Below are positions 37,666 to 51,549 of a stretch of 64,000 nucleotides of DNA, piece by piece. This DNA is from Felis catus (Eukaryota), in NCBI RefSeq assembly GCF_018350175.1, contig NC_058368.1, positions 61,816,001 to 61,880,000 of the forward strand, read 5' to 3'. The notes under the pieces were generated by a model, which did not search any database, had not been told where the DNA came from, and was given only the letters and a program-made list of their open reading frames with translations. The stretch's first letter is position 1; each line of letters starts with the position of its first letter. A program made the position numbers and the translations under genes.

Positions 37666-37689
37666 AAAACATATATAGAAAAAATATAC

Positions 37690-38835
37690 GTCAAAAGTAG
37701 TGCATAGGTACTAGCATAAAGATACAGATATATACCAATGGAACAGAATAGAAAGCCCAGAAATACACCCATATATGGTGAAATGATTTTCACATGCCAC
37801 AAGAGGAAAGAAATAGTATCTCCAAGAAACAATATTCAGAGACCTAGACGTTCATGTGCAAAAGAATGAAGGTGGAATGCTACCTTACAGCATGTACAAA
37901 AATTATCTCAATATGGATTAGAGACCTAAATGTAAGACTAAAATATTAAATTCATAAAAGAAAACATAGAAGAAATGCTTCAGGGCATTAGATGTGGCAA
38001 TGATTTCTTAGATAGGACACCAAAATCATAAGCAACAAAAGCAAAAGTAGAAAAAGAACTCTGTCAAACTTAAGAACTCTGTGCATCAAATGAAATAATC
38101 AGCAGGGTGAAAAAGCAATCTTTGAAATGGGAGAAAATAATTCCAAATAAAATATCTGATAAGGGATTAGTATCCAGCTTATAAAAGGAATTTCTACAAT
38201 TCAAGAACAAATGAACAAATAATGCAACTAGAAAATGACTTGAATAAACATTTTCTCAAAGGCATACAAATAGCCCATATGCACAGACAAAAGTACTTAA
38301 CATCACTTATTGTAGGAAAAACAAAGTCAAAAGCAAATGAGATATTTCGCACCGTTAGAATGGCCACTATGAAAAGAACAGAAAATATAATGCTGACGAA
38401 GATGCAGAGAAGTTGGAACACTGAACAGTTTTGGAGGGAATGTAATATGGTACATTCATTATGGAAAATAGTGAAAAGCAAAATCAAAAATAGAATTGTA
38501 TTATGATTCGGTGGTTTCACATCTAGATACATATGTATTTCCAGAGGGCAAGCATTGTGAAATAAACCAGTCACAGACAAATACGGTATGATTACACTCA
38601 TATGAAGTATCAAAGTAATCAAAATCACAGAAACAAAAAGTAGGCAGGTAGTTGCCAAGGAGTGGGAGAAGAAGGGTGGGAAATCGCAGTTTTTTTGTAT
38701 AGAGTTTCAGTGGTACATGATAACAAATGTTCAAGACATCTGTAGCATATCAATGTCGTCACTACTGAACTCTACAGTTAAAAATGGCTATAATGGTAAA
38801 TTTAATGTTATGTGTTTTTTGCCATAACAAAAATA
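37690..38835 (+). mobile_element. L1MB-like 3' fragment (ORF2 end and 3'UTR)
   Basis: caatggaacagaatagaaagcccagaaata…gacctaaatgtaagact…aatggtaaatttaatgttatgtgttttttgccataac. Confidence 0.88.
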
Positions 38836-39196
38836 ATGTAGTGAATTAGTTGAAGGAAGGTACCTAAGTAAAAATATTCTAATATTTTCGGAATTTTTGA
38901 GAAGTGGTAAAATTACTAATTTATATTGTGTTTCAGTAAATAAAGTAAGTACATGGTATTCACTAAATACCCACTAATCAAAGAAACTATAGGGTAAGAA
39001 GGAATAACAAAATAGTCAAAAAAAAAAAAAGAAAAGAAAGAAAGGTGTTTAAAAGCAGAAAGGGATAACATAAATAAACTAAAATGGTAGCTTTAAATGT
39101 AAATATACCAAAGGTACAAAGCAAGCATAAGTGTTAAGTAGCTAACTGAAAGACAAAATTTTCATAGTACATTAAAAAGCCATCGGGGAGGGGGGC

Positions 39197-39415
39197 GGTG
39201 CCTGGGTGGCTCAGTCGGTTAAGCGTCCAACTTCAGCTCAGATCATGATCTCACAGTCTTTGAGTTGGAGCCCTGCATCAGGCTCTGTGCTGACAGCTCA
39301 GAGCCTGGAGCCTGCTTCGGATTCTGTGTCTCCCTCTCTCTCTACCCCTTCCTTGCTCATGCTCTGTCTCTCTCTGTCTCAAAAATAAATAAAAGCATTA
39401 AAAAAATTTTTTTAA
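39197..39415 (+). mobile_element. Can-SINE (feliform SINEC)
   Basis: Full body, (CT)n and A-tail; preceded by a G-run at 39185-39196. Confidence 0.95.
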
Positions 39416-39642
39416 AAAACCTTTTGATTGTAAGAAACAGATTTTAAATGTAAGAATACTGAAAATTTCATTGAAAAATTATTGAAGAGCTATACCAAAC
39501 CCACACTAAATAAAAGCTGATGTAGCTATCTTACTGTAAGAGACTTTAAAGCAAGAAAATTGCTAGAAACAACAAAGAATCTAATTCATAAACGAATTAT
39601 TAATAGGAATAATAGAATTTCCAAATAAAAAGGTAGATTTTC

Positions 39643-39863
39643 ATATATATATTTCATATATATATATGTTTATTTATTTATTTTGAGAGAGAGCAAAAGA
39701 GCAGGGGTGAGGCAGAGAGAGAGAGAGGGAGAAAGAGAGAGAATCCCAAGCACGTTTTGCACTGACAGCATGGAGCTGATGTGGGGCTCAAACTCAGAAA
39801 CCCGTGAGATCACTTCCTGAGCCGAAACCAAGAGACAGACAGGCTGAGCCACCCAGGCGTCCC
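39643..39863 (-). mobile_element. Can-SINE
   Basis: TSD AGGTAG(A/G)TTTTC at 39631-39642 and 39867-39878; (AT)n in the tail. Confidence 0.92.
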
Positions 39864-40545
39864 AAGAGGTAGGTTTTCTACATTAATGATTTGAGATGCG
39901 CAGTACTGCAAAGACGTTAGTTTTCTTCAGCTTGATGTAGAGATTCAATGTAATCCCAAAGAACACATGAACTTATAGAATAGGATCACTGAAGACTGTT
40001 TCTAACACATATATAAATATGCAAAGGGCCACCTAAGAAGAACCACGGAAATAATGAAGAACGACAAAGGTAGAAACCTTATTCTACTAGATAAAAGTAC
40101 TTGTGAAGACACGGTATGGGGAGAAGCTCAGGTAAATGTGCCAATGGAATGATTAGGAGATTTGAGAAGTGGTTACTCACAGATATGCGCAGTTTATGTT
40201 TATGACAAAGAAGGCAGTGAAGGGTATTGGAAAATGAAAGACTGGAAACAAATGAAAACAATGCAATGGTTACTGCAGATATAAATGTTAGATAAAATAG
40301 TAGGGCTTTGTTTATATGACAGGATACACCTGAGCCATCCCTAGGAGCATTCAGGGGAATTCACCAAGTGAAAAAGCTAAAGTTGTACCACGTCTAAGAG
40401 CATGGAGGAATGGGAGCCGGTGAAATATTCTGGAATGTAATAGTGGGGACTTTGTAGCAGGTGACTGAAAATCAGAATAAAATATAGAAAGAAAGAAATC
40501 ACCAAAGTCCTATAATATGGTTGAGAGATATAAACTATATCTTGG

Positions 40546-40759
40546 GGGGCACCTGGGTGGCTCAGTCGGTTGAGCATCTGACTTCGGCTCAGGTCATGAT
40601 CTGGCGGTTCGTGGGTTTGAGCCCCCGTGTTGGGCTCTGTGCTGACAGCTCAGAGCCTAGAGCCTGCTTCAGATTCTGTGTCTCCCGCTCTCTGCCCCTC
40701 CCCTGTTCATGCTCTGCCCCTCTTTAAAAAATAAATAAGCATTAAAAAAGGTTTAAAAA
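40546..40759 (+). mobile_element. Can-SINE (feliform SINEC)
   Basis: Perfect TSD TAAACTATATCTTGG at 40531-40545 and 40760-40774. Confidence 0.96.
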
Positions 40760-42529
40760 TAAACTATATCTTGGAAAGAATATGAAATACTAGTAAATTT
40801 TGAGGAAGGGATTTTTCATATTAAAATGTTAAGTTTAGAAAGCTAGGAAGGCCATTCAGTCTGCAGTGTGCGATACGAGATTTTACCTACTGACAGGAGA
40901 AAAGGAAGGCATTGGGATTGTCTGTCCTTTTTTCATAAAGGTTGTCTTGGTGATAATCTAGCAGGACTCCTTTAAATTGAAATAAGTATCTGTGAAAAGC
41001 AATATACTGTTGAAAACAAACAAACAAACAAACAAAGTAAGAATAGTGTTACCATTAGCCAGTTGTGGAAAAGATTGGTATATGTGTCTACCATGGAAAA
41101 CACTGTCCAAATTGTATTTATGCCTACCTTAAAGCCCACCTATGGCACATCCTTTGCTCTTTTAACTAAGTATTGTCCTCAATCTCTGAATTATTGTACA
41201 GTTAACATCTATGTGACTATATCATCTTGATACGTGACACCTTCCATAGAAATAAGCAGCAGATTTAAGAAGGCGTACCAACAATAAAAAGCAGTAAGTT
41301 AATTTATATGAACAGTTAAGGGAAAAATAATTCCACATTTTCTGAAATGCCTCATGCCTTTAAACACATTGTCATTTGGTCAGAAAAATAACATGCCTCT
41401 GAAATTTGGGGGATTAACATTTAGGACTAGAGAAGCCTGAATACCAGATCATTTACTGCGAATCTTGACAATTTAATTCAATTTGATCAATAAGATGTAA
41501 AATGAAATGGAGGAAGGTATAAACACACGGTTGAGTGGACATATTTATCTTACTACTGCTATAATTCAGACTAAACCCATTAGCAGAAATCCCTTGGTGG
41601 CAATGGATTTAAGGTCACTCATTTTATAATCAGACCTTATAAAAATGCAAAACTCACTCAGCAGGAACAGGAGTGTGGAACAAGAGTATCATCAGCAGGA
41701 AACAGAGCTCTAGGAAGAGTATTTGATTCAACATAGGATTTGAAGCTGAAAACATACTTACCCGCTCTGGAAACAGCTGATGCATAACAAGAGTATTTCT
41801 CTTGTGATCTCTGTTTTTCACTCTTCTTTCTGTGCCCTGGCTCTCTTTACATTCTTTTGATGATTTCCCCTGGTTCTCACCCCTATCTCTTATCTCTTAT
41901 CCTCTCAAAAAGACTCAAATTGGCAGTCTTACTGGGGAAGATATAATCTACCTTAGGTTGCTGTTTAAAAGCTACGAAATTCCAGGGTTTAAATTGTATA
42001 CAGAAAAGCAATCAAACACATCAACTGGAAACCACCCTCCCTGTGAGAGAACAGACCAGTGCAAACAGCATGCTCCACTTACTTGACTGGCAAGGCTGTA
42101 AAAAGCAAAGACAGTGCTGAAATAGCCTGTTGTGTGGCCCTTGAAAGGGTGTTTACTCCAACACAGAGAAATAGTTTGTACTTTTGTGGGGGCACAGAGT
42201 GATAGAGAATTGTTCAGTTGTTCCCGACCCTCAAAACAAGGCTGATTCTTTTACTGGGAAAGAAGCAATCATAATCTTAAAAATTGTATGTATCTCTTCC
42301 ACATTACTGGGGCTAACCACTTTAACCGGTACTTTTGGATCTAACTAGAAATAGATCAAATTGGTATCATGTGTAATTTGGTTCCGATGTAATTAATTAA
42401 CATATACAGTCATCATTTTTTGTACCCTACATGAATAGCCTACATAACACAAAGAAGTTTCTATCTTTTAAATTATCAAAAGGTAGCCAGAGATATGTCT
42501 CCCAGAATTTGGAAGGTCTGTTTGACATT

Positions 42530-42996
42530 CTTTGCCTCAGAATTTCACTCTGCTTCACTTTATTGGGCTTCACAGAAATTGCATTGTTTACAAATCGAAG
42601 GTTTGTGGTGATCCCGTGTCAAACAGGTCTATTGGTGCCATTTTCTTTCAACAGCAGTGGCTCAATTTGTGTTTCTGTGTCTCACTTTGGTTATTCTTGC
42701 ACTATTTTGTACTTTTTCATTAATATTATATTTGAAATGGTGATCTGCGATCAGTGATTATGACTCCCTGAAAGCTTTGGTGACGGTTAGCATTTTGAGC
42801 AATAAGGCATTTTTAATGAGGGTATGTACCTTTTTTAGACACAATTGCATTGCACACTTAATAGAGTACAGTATAGTGTGAACATAACTTTTATATGCAC
42901 TGGGAAACAAACATTCATTTAACTTGCTTTATTGTGATATTAACTTCATTGCAGTGGTTTGGAACGAAACCTGACAGTATCTCCAAGGTATGCCTG
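42530..42996 (+). mobile_element. Tigger1 internal-deletion derivative (Tigger1a-type)
   Basis: Tigger1 left end (ttacaaatcgaaggtttgtgg…ggtgatctgcgatcagtgat) fused to the right end (ttgcacacttaatagagtacagtatagtgtgaacataacttttatatgcactgggaaac…CTCCAAGGTATGCCTG TIR). Confidence 0.9.
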
Positions 42997-43084
42997 CATT
43001 TAACGTATGCAAAATCCACTTGGGGAAGATGCTGAAGTGTACCTCAAAGCAACAAGGATTTATCCCTAAGAATAGTGACAAACA

Positions 43085-43268
43085 GGGGCTCCTGGGTGGC
43101 TCAGTCAGTTGAGCATTCAACTCTTGATTTAGGCTCAGGTCATGATCTCACGGTTAATGTGTTTGGGCCCCACATCGGGCTCTGCACTGACAGCCGGGGA
43201 TTCTCGGTCTCCCTCTCTCTTGGCCCCTCTCCCCCACACCTCAAAGTAAATAAATAAACCTTAAAAAT
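43085..43268 (+). mobile_element. Can-SINE
   Basis: Perfect TSD GAATAGTGACAAACA at 43070-43084 and 43269-43283. Confidence 0.94.
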
Positions 43269-43316
43269 GAATAGTGACAAACATTGATTTGTTTTTGTCT
43301 TTAAAGTAAACATTTT

Positions 43317-43483
43317 GGGGTGCCTGGGTGGCTCAGTCTGTTGGGCGTCTGACTTTGGCTCAGGAAATGATCTCACAGCTTGTGAGTTCAGCCCCACTTC
43401 GGGCTCTGTGCTGACAGCTGAGAGCCTGGAGCCTGCTTCGGATTCTGTTTCCCTCTCTCTGTCTACCCCTCCTCTGCTTATGC
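43317..43483 (+). mobile_element. Can-SINE, 3'-truncated (no A-tail, no right TSD)
   Basis: Body ends at CCTCTGCTTATGC and is followed by unrelated sequence. Confidence 0.9.
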
Positions 43484-43680
43484 AAGTTGAACATGGAACA
43501 TATACAAATTGAACAATTAAAGCAATTGGAGTAAATTTTTGTTTTTGAGTCACCGTTATGTTTGTTTGATGCATGCAGTTGTTGTATATAGCAGCAGAAT
43601 GTTAATTCTCATTTCACTCTATGACTCATTGCAAGAATATACCACAATTTATTTTATATCCTTGATGAACATTTGGTTTG

Positions 43681-43907
43681 TTTTTTTTTTAATTTTTTTT
43701 TCAACGTTTATTTTATTTTTTTGGGGACAGAGAGAGACAGAGCATGAACGGGCAAGGGGCAGAGAGAGAGGGAGACACAGAATCGGAAACAGGCTCCAGG
43801 CTCTGAGCCATCAGCCCAGAGCCCAACGCGGGGCTCGAACTCACGGACCACGAGATCGTGACCTGGCTGAAGTCGGACGCTTAACCGACTGCGCCCCCAG
43901 GCGCCCC
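43681..43907 (-). mobile_element. Young feline SINEC (SINEC_Fc-type)
   Basis: Same diagnostics as the 28541 copy, CpG-rich, long T-tail; sits in an old L1 3' fragment. Confidence 0.97.
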
Positions 43908-44049
43908 TGGTTTTATTTTTATTAATGGTTATAAGGAGTAAGAAGATTATGAACATCTTTCTATGTTTTTATTTTCCCAGTACTCTTTTTTTTCTATTTA
44001 ATTTATGCAACACCTTAAGATGTGTGACTATAACATTGCTTTTTTTGTC

Positions 44050-44830
44050 TTTCTTTTTTGTTATAGTCCTTCAAGGCTATCAATTTTCTTTTAATCACAA
44101 ATGACAAATTTTTAAATGCTGTATTTTTAGTATTCAGTTCAGAATATTTTTTATTCCTCATTGTGAGTTCTTTTTTTTTTTTTTTTTTTTTGTCCCTTGG
44201 ATGATTTTGCAGTATGTTTCATTACAAACATTTGTGAGTTTTCATGTTATTTCTCTGTTAGTGACAGCTACCTCAATTCCACTGTGGATGGACAATAGTC
44301 TCTAGTTGATTACCATACTTGGTATTTTGCTCAGACTTGTTTTCTATCCTGTGTTGTGGTCACTTTTGTAAATGGTCTAGATAATCTTGGAAACAATGTC
44401 TATTTTTGTTTCATTCAATGTAGTGCTGAATGTGTATCAATCAGAACAAATCTGTCAGCTCTGTTGTAGAGATATGATTTTTTATTGATCTTTTTGTCAG
44501 CTTGACCAATCAGAAACCCACAAGATGCTTAAATCTCACCAATATTGTTCTACGTACATACATTCCTACTTATACTTCTGTTAAATTTTATTCATATGTT
44601 TTGAAGTTATGAGTAGCACACAAATTATAACTTCTAGATGAAGTTTTATCCTTAAGAAATTTCCCTCTTGTTTCTATTTGTGTCATCTACTATACGTGAT
44701 ATTTAAAAAGATACACCAGCTTTCTTTTCATTAGTGTTTAATGATGTATGATTTTCCCTGTTTTACTTTAAACTTTTCAGTTTTCTTATACTTAGGGGCC
44801 ATGTCTTATAAGCAGTACATAATAGGATTT
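44050..44830 (-). mobile_element. Ancient L1 ORF2 5' (endonuclease) remnant
   Basis: caaggctatcaattttctttta…aattccactgtggatggacaa…gatacaccagctttcttttcattagtgttt. Confidence 0.7.
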
Positions 44831-45008
44831 TTTTTATTTCTAACTATATGCCAGAAATATGTGAAGAACAGAGGTGTACCACATCCTCACATGATATAAT
44901 ATGGCCAGTATTTTGATTCTAGCCATTTTAATAGGTATGTAGCAGCATTTTGTGATTTTAATTTGCATATACCCAATGTCTAATTATGTTAAAAACTTTT
45001 CTTAAAGA

Positions 45009-46115
45009 TTATTTTTTATCACTACCTAATTTACAATAAAATTGAGGGGAACGTACGGAGATTTCCTCAATACTCCCTTCCCCAAAGCCTTGCCCATCCT
45101 CAACATCCCTTACCAGAGCAGTACATTTGCTACAACTGGTGAACTTACATTGATATACATCATTCTCACCCAAAATCCACAATTTACCTTCTGGTTTACT
45201 TTTGGGGTTGTTCATTCTATAGGTTTGGATAAATGTGTAATGACATGTATCCATCATCATAGTATCATACAGACTATTCACTGTCCTAAAAATCCTCTGT
45301 GCTATGCCTAGTTACCCTTCCCCTCAACTCCAACCTCTGGCAAACTTGATCTTTTAATTATCGTCTCCATAGGTTTGTCTTTTCCAGAATGTCATAGAGT
45401 TGGAATCCTACAGCATGTAAATTTGCAGATTGATTTATTTCACTTAACAGTATTCATTATTATGTAATATGAAGTAATAGGAAGTTTCCTCCATGGTTTT
45501 TCAGGGCTTAATAGCTCATTTCTTTTTAGCACTGAATAATATCCCATTGTCTGGACGAACTACAGTTTACTTATCCATTCACATACTGAAAGGCATCTTG
45601 ACTGCTTCCAAGTTTTTGCCATTATGAATAAAGCTGTGTAAACCCCTATGTGCAGGTTTTGTATAGACATCTATTTGCAACTCCTTTGGGTTGATGCCAA
45701 AGGAGTATGGTTGCTGGATCTTATGTTGAAAGCATATTCTACCATCAGTGAATGAGAGATCCTACAGCTCCACATCCTCACCAGTATTTGAGGCCGTCAA
45801 TGTTCTGGTCTTGGCAATTATAATAGATGTGTAGTGGTATCTCACTCTTGCTGTTACATTCCCCAGTGACACATGATGTGGAGAATCTTTTCATATGCTT
45901 ATCATCTTTTTGTCTTTCTGAACAACTTTTTATGTGCTTATTGCTATTCCTATATCCTCTTTGATGAAGTGTCTGTTTCTTTTGCCTATTTTTTAATTGA
46001 ACTGTTTGTTTCATTATTGATGCCAGAATGTTTTTTACATTTATATTGTGGTTACCACTCTGTCACAATTTGGTGTACAAATATTTTCTCCCACTCTGGT
46101 CTTTTCTTCATTCTC
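45009..46115 (-). mobile_element. L1MC-like 3' end
   Basis: ccagagcagtacatttgctacaactggtgaacttacattgatatacatc…cattctataggtttggataaatgtgtaatgacatgtatccatcat is the typical L1MC1/2 3'UTR in reverse. Confidence 0.88.
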
Positions 46116-46622
46116 ATAATAAAAAGCATTTCTGAAAGCTACTTAGCTATTGAGTTCTGTTTGTTTTTTTGTTTTCTTTTGTTTCCTACTTGAGGTCATA
46201 CTTTCAAGCCTTATATCGCTCAAAATTCAGCAATTGCCCTCCAGGGAAAACCATTGAATGTAGGAATTCATTTTCTACTCTACTATTTTCTTTGTTCTCT
46301 TGATTTTCTATCTTTTTTACTTTTTAATCATGTATACATGTGAACATACATCAATAATTCCTATTAACAATGTATGGAAGGTCAATTTTTGGATGTTGTC
46401 TAAAAATATTTTTACCCTATTCATTCACTGGGTTAATATATAAGCTGAAGATTTTTAGCTTGAAAGTCATTTTTACTTAGGGATTTTGAGGGCATTTTTG
46501 TTAGGGTTATTTTCTAGTTTCTAGTGTTAAGAAATTTGATCTTTTTTTAATTGTTGAGGTCACATATTTGACCTTAGAGATATCAGGATCACTATCATTG
46601 TTGCTAAAATCAGGTGATAATT

Positions 46623-47033
46623 GTCATGGGAAGAATTTTCTAGGAAGTGAACTCTGAGAGGAAGATTTGCATGCAGAGATATGTTGAAGAATATTTTCTG
46701 GCTCAACACCTATTGGGGAAGGAAAGAAGGAAGAAAAAGAGAAAGAAACTTCTCTTCAAGGTAACTGGACCTGTCCCAAGTTGTGACAATAGGGCCAAGG
46801 TTTTATAAGCCTTATATGGACCGTGATCGAATGCAAGCTTCCTTAGGAAGTAGAGTAAGGTGGAGGTACTAAGGTGATAAGGTGACACACTTTGGTCACT
46901 GCCAAGGGCAATTGCCAAAAATTGGAATTCTATATGCTGTCAGCTGTCAAGGCTTACAGCCACTTGGAGAATGTATAATGTAGTCTTGAAGGGAGGGCTG
47001 TTCAGGGCAGTGTCCCCATTATAGCATTCCTCA
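46623..47033 (-). mobile_element. Ancient ERVL LTR (LTR33-like)
   Basis: actctgagaggaagatttgcatgcag…gctcaacacct…gctgtcagctgtcaa…agtcttgaagggagg; embedded in old minus-strand L1 ORF1-like DNA (~46380-48250). Confidence 0.55.
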
Positions 47034-48304
47034 ATTTATGTCATTTTTTTCTTTCAATAAACTGGGAACTTGTGCTATTTGAGTTTGAAACATATGCTTT
47101 CACCTGACAAAAATATTATTAAATTAGCTATCTGACGATTTGTTTTCCTCTCAGGTTCAAATTTTGGTTTTTGGAATTTTATGGGTAGATCCTTTACCTT
47201 TTAGTTTTTATGTCTACACCCTTCATTTTTTGACATTTTATTCCACTTTTTAGGAGAGACATCTTCTTGATTTCATTTGCTACCCCCATTTCTATCTTGT
47301 TTGAATTTTGCCAATGACTTTTTAATATTGGTTTTTTAAAAAAATAAAAAAAATAGTTTATATTCTTATTTCATGTAGGCACTTTCTTTCATATCTCTGA
47401 AATACTAATATTTTTTTTTCTTTTTGCTTGCATCAAGAATCATCTACATATCTACCAGATATCTGCATGATTGTTGTGGTTTCTTTTTCAAGTGTTACTG
47501 TAATGTTTGATGATCCACTGACCTCTGTGCACATTTAAGGGAATTCATGAGAAGGAGGTCAGGAAGTTTATGTTTAAGATTGGGAGCTAGAGTGATTGGT
47601 CTCAATAAGGTGACAGGGCAGTGAGTGGCCTTTATAATTAAGGGAGGCCCTAAATTACAATAGTTACAGGTTTTTATCTCAAGGGTGATTCAGATTCTCC
47701 AAGGACTGGGGTGGGAGGAGTAGTGTCCTCCAATCTTTTCTTAGATGTGTGTTTAGGCATGAATGGATGTGCACAAGCACTTGTGTAAACTTGGCTGTCA
47801 GAATTCCAGACAGGTGAGGAATACAGTGTAATGTGTGGGGCAATATGCGAATTGACTCGCTTTCCATGGTGCTATGAACTGAGTGGGAGGCTCTTCTGTT
47901 CAATTTCTCAGGAAAAATACACTTTTTTTTTCTAGGATAAGGAGGATGGAGTCTCAATCTGAGGACTCTAACTGGTTTTCAGCCATATTCTTGCCCATAC
48001 TTTTTTTACTCACTCTGATTTATATGTCCCTGGACTTCCTACCCATGAGCCTTCTTGAGTTCTAGATTTTGTGGGGTAATTCGTTTCACCTTGCTTATTT
48101 CCATCCTCTAAAAACTTGTCAATATTACTAACTCATTACTATTTACCCTTCGGGATATCTGTCCTTCACATTAATATTTTTTCTACCTCTTACTATAATT
48201 TGAAAGAACTTTCAGAGGGGTGTAAAAATGCACACGAGTGCAAATATTTAATATGAAATCATCAATATTTTGCAGATCTTTACTGATGATTTTTGTGCAT
48301 TTCT

Positions 48305-48506
48305 TTTTTTTTTAATTTTAAATGTTTATTTGTGGGGGGGTGCATGAATGGGGGAGGGACATAGAGAAATGTACAGAGAATCCCAAGCAGGCTCCACACT
48401 GTCAGCACAGAGCCCAACCTGGAGCTTGAACTCACAAGCCATGAGATTATGGCCGGAGCTGAAACCAAGATTCAGTCACTTGACTTACTGAACTACCTAG
48501 GTGCTC
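48305..48506 (-). mobile_element. Older Can-SINE
   Basis: Degenerate TSD TGATTTTTG(T/A)GCA.. at 48287-48304 and 48507-48524. Confidence 0.9.
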
Positions 48507-50079
48507 TGATTTTTGAGCACCTCTAATTCATTGTCAGTATTTTCCTCTAAATTTCATATAAAAACAGGGACTATATTGACAAAGATACTATTGTGTAACA
48601 ATGTTAGTTTCTCTTGTGGGCAACATAAAATCAAATTATCAGGATTCAGAAGTGGTAAAATCTGGAGAAGTCTTTATGCTGGATCTGGAAATAATTTAAA
48701 AGTGTTGTTGGATTGCCTTTTATTACTACAATTCATAGAGAGAAAACCTGATGGGAAATTATAACAAAAGCACTCCTCTGAATAGCCCTGTAAATGGAAT
48801 TCATTCAACAGATCCAAAGTCTGTTTTAAGACTTCCATTAAATGCTGCCATAAATGTGAATTTGTTAAAGTTCTGAACTGAAATAACAAGTGTGCATATG
48901 TATGTATATTATATAATATATATACATAATATATACATTTAGGTCATTTGAAAATTCAGTGATGTACTTTTTGAATACTGAGATTGCATTATTAGACTGG
49001 ATGTTGATGCCATGTAAGCATTATTACCTGCCTTTTACTTATGGAGAAAACATAGTTTTCTCCATAAGGAAAAAAAATGCATATAATTATTTAACAATAT
49101 TTTTTCAACCCTATGAGCATGTCACTTTATTCAGTCCATGTAAACAGTATAAGAATTACATGAAATATATTTAGTATGTGTGAGGATATGTTTAATATAT
49201 GCTGAGAAATACTGGGGACAAATCATTAAAATGTTTCTAAATGATGGTCTAAATGAATCATCTGCCATTTTATGTCTTTGACAATGACATTATTCTTTAC
49301 CCACTTACGAGTTTAACCAAAAAGAAAATATGTTTCAAATGTTTGTCATATATCTGCTCTCATACTTATGGAAATTTAGCCAAAGAGTTTCATAACGAAT
49401 TTATGTACAGAATCCAAACAGTATAATTCCTGGTTTCATAGACAAAGATACATTTTTAACACAGTAGTGTCACGTGCATCTTTTTGGACTGTAAGTAGTT
49501 AGAGAAACTAAGTAAATAATGAGATGAAACACAAGTTTTACTTGAAACCGACCTGGGTGCTCCTTATTAAAAGAAAAACAGGTAAAGTAATCCTGGAATG
49601 ATCCCAATCCGTATCAGAGTGTGTGGATTTGACTGTGTTGCCCCTTTTCCATCACTCATTAGTGCCTAAAGGTTTGCTAGTGTAGCTTTTTACCTAACTA
49701 TTAAGTTCTGGAAAAAAAATACACAAAAAACTCTAAATGAATAAAAGAACACTAGAATGTCTAAATAACATTTTAAAAAATATGTACATCTATTTGAAAG
49801 TTTAGAGATCTGCTAATGCAGTCACAATTTAAGAGACCAAGATGATCTAGAGAAAGAAAACAGTTCTTTTTCTGTTAGGACACTTACTGTTTTTTGATGT
49901 AAATCTAAGTAGCAAGTCACTGGCTAGAGGCAAAGAAATGGATGCTGTTTTAGTCACTACCAAAAAGTTGCAGAAACAAACAATTAGAATGGGTAGTACT
50001 AAGGAGGCCAGGCCTCTGAGAGCCCAGGAACATGGAGAGAAGGGAGATACACAATCTTGATATCTTCTAGGTCAAGTGT

Positions 50080-50960
50080 AAAATACCAAAAATTAACATG
50101 TAACAAAATTTCTTAACACCAGAAGCTAGAAAAAGCTCAAACATGTTTCTAAAATTCTTAAGATGAGAATGATCTTCATGTTAGCAATCTATGTCGAATT
50201 TACCTATAAATCAAGTATAAGAATGGAATAAAAATATTGTGAATTAATATTAAAATGCATATCTTATACATCTTTAGGTAGAAATTTATTAAGATATTAT
50301 ATTCATTTTATTCAAGGAAGAGAAAGATCCATAAAACAATATGCCACAGAAGCGTGGAAAAAGGAAATTCCAGGACAAGTACTGGGTAGAGAGATCAGAG
50401 AGGAAACAATCTGTGGGGCAAGGAAACTAAAAGGCTACAGAAAGTAGCATCATCAGAGAGTAATACAAGTAATGTGTGTGAAGGCATGGGGATGTTTGTT
50501 GTTACCATGTGGTCAAATGTTGGTGCTTTAGGGAAAATGAATAATTACATAGGAAACTAGGGAAAAAATTTAAACCACAGCAAACATTGACTAGAGGATA
50601 AAGAAAAGATTATGGAGGAGGGCTTTCAGTTCATAGTTCACTACTTTGATTTAGCTAAAATTATGTAAAACCTGACTAATAGCTTAATAAAAAGTTGTTA
50701 TGTGGAATGTGGGGAGTATGAAGGAAGTAGTGGTTTCAGTGGTTTTCAACTTATGCTGGAGATGTTCATTAAAAAATCTAAAATTGATAAATCATTGAAG
50801 GGTTGTGTAAATCTACGCATTTAGAAATAAATGGTTGAATTTGTCTCTGCAAAATATGTTGAAATATAATGGAGGATGAGGAGGGAATCCTGTTTTTTTT
50901 TAATTAATTCCTTGATTTATATCTGATATCTTATCTATATGTACCTCTTGAGAAAGCCTT
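50080..50960 (+). mobile_element. HAL1/L1 ORF1-end-like ancient remnant
   Basis: accagaagctagaaaaagc…aaaattcttaagatgagaatgatcttc…atcaagtataagaatggaataaaaatatt. Confidence 0.55.
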
Positions 50961-51506
50961 AATTCTTTAATCTGAATGTAAAATTCAAAAAGTACATTCT
51001 TATACAACTACCAATACTTTACTTCCAAAATTTCCATACAACTATTTCATGATATTAATTTGCTTTTCTTAGTAAATATTGTCACAGTCCAGAGAATAAT
51101 AAAACAATCAAAGATGTGATTTTGTTCCTAATGCTTCTGAATCTTTCACTGTAATATTTAATAACATAATTAGAAAAACATACCAGTGGATATATGTGTG
51201 TACACACACACACACACACACACACTCCCTGTGAACTAATTTTCTCTAGTGAATACTTTTCCTATAAATAATATTTATATAAAGAAGAGCATGAAATTAT
51301 TTCCATATTTGGGGAGGAGTATTCACTTAAAAGCATGTTTACCTATTTATTTATCTTCTTTTCTCTCTATAAAACTATTGCCAAGAAAAAGTGCCAGTAT
51401 TAAACCGCCTGAGTAATTCAACTACAGGAACCCTAGAGGATAGACTACAGCATACCAGCAATTAATAATCAGTGTTTTTAATAGTTTGGGTAGATAGCCG
51501 ATCCAT

Positions 51507-51507
<1 letters not shown>

Positions 51508-51547
<40 letters not shown>
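51508..51547. repeat. (CA)20 microsatellite
   Basis: Directly visible. A shorter (CA)n lies at ~51202-51225. Confidence 0.97.

Positions 51548-51549
<2 letters not shown>

Larger units (their letters stand above)
36700..40260 (+). mobile_element. Ancient L1 (ORF1 to ORF2) remnant hosting a younger L1 and SINEs
   Basis: ORF1-like aataagcgacctggaagatagattagaagaa…gtagctgaaaattttc; ORF2-like aaagctgatgtagctatcttact and gatgtagagattcaatgtaatcccaa. Confidence 0.65.
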
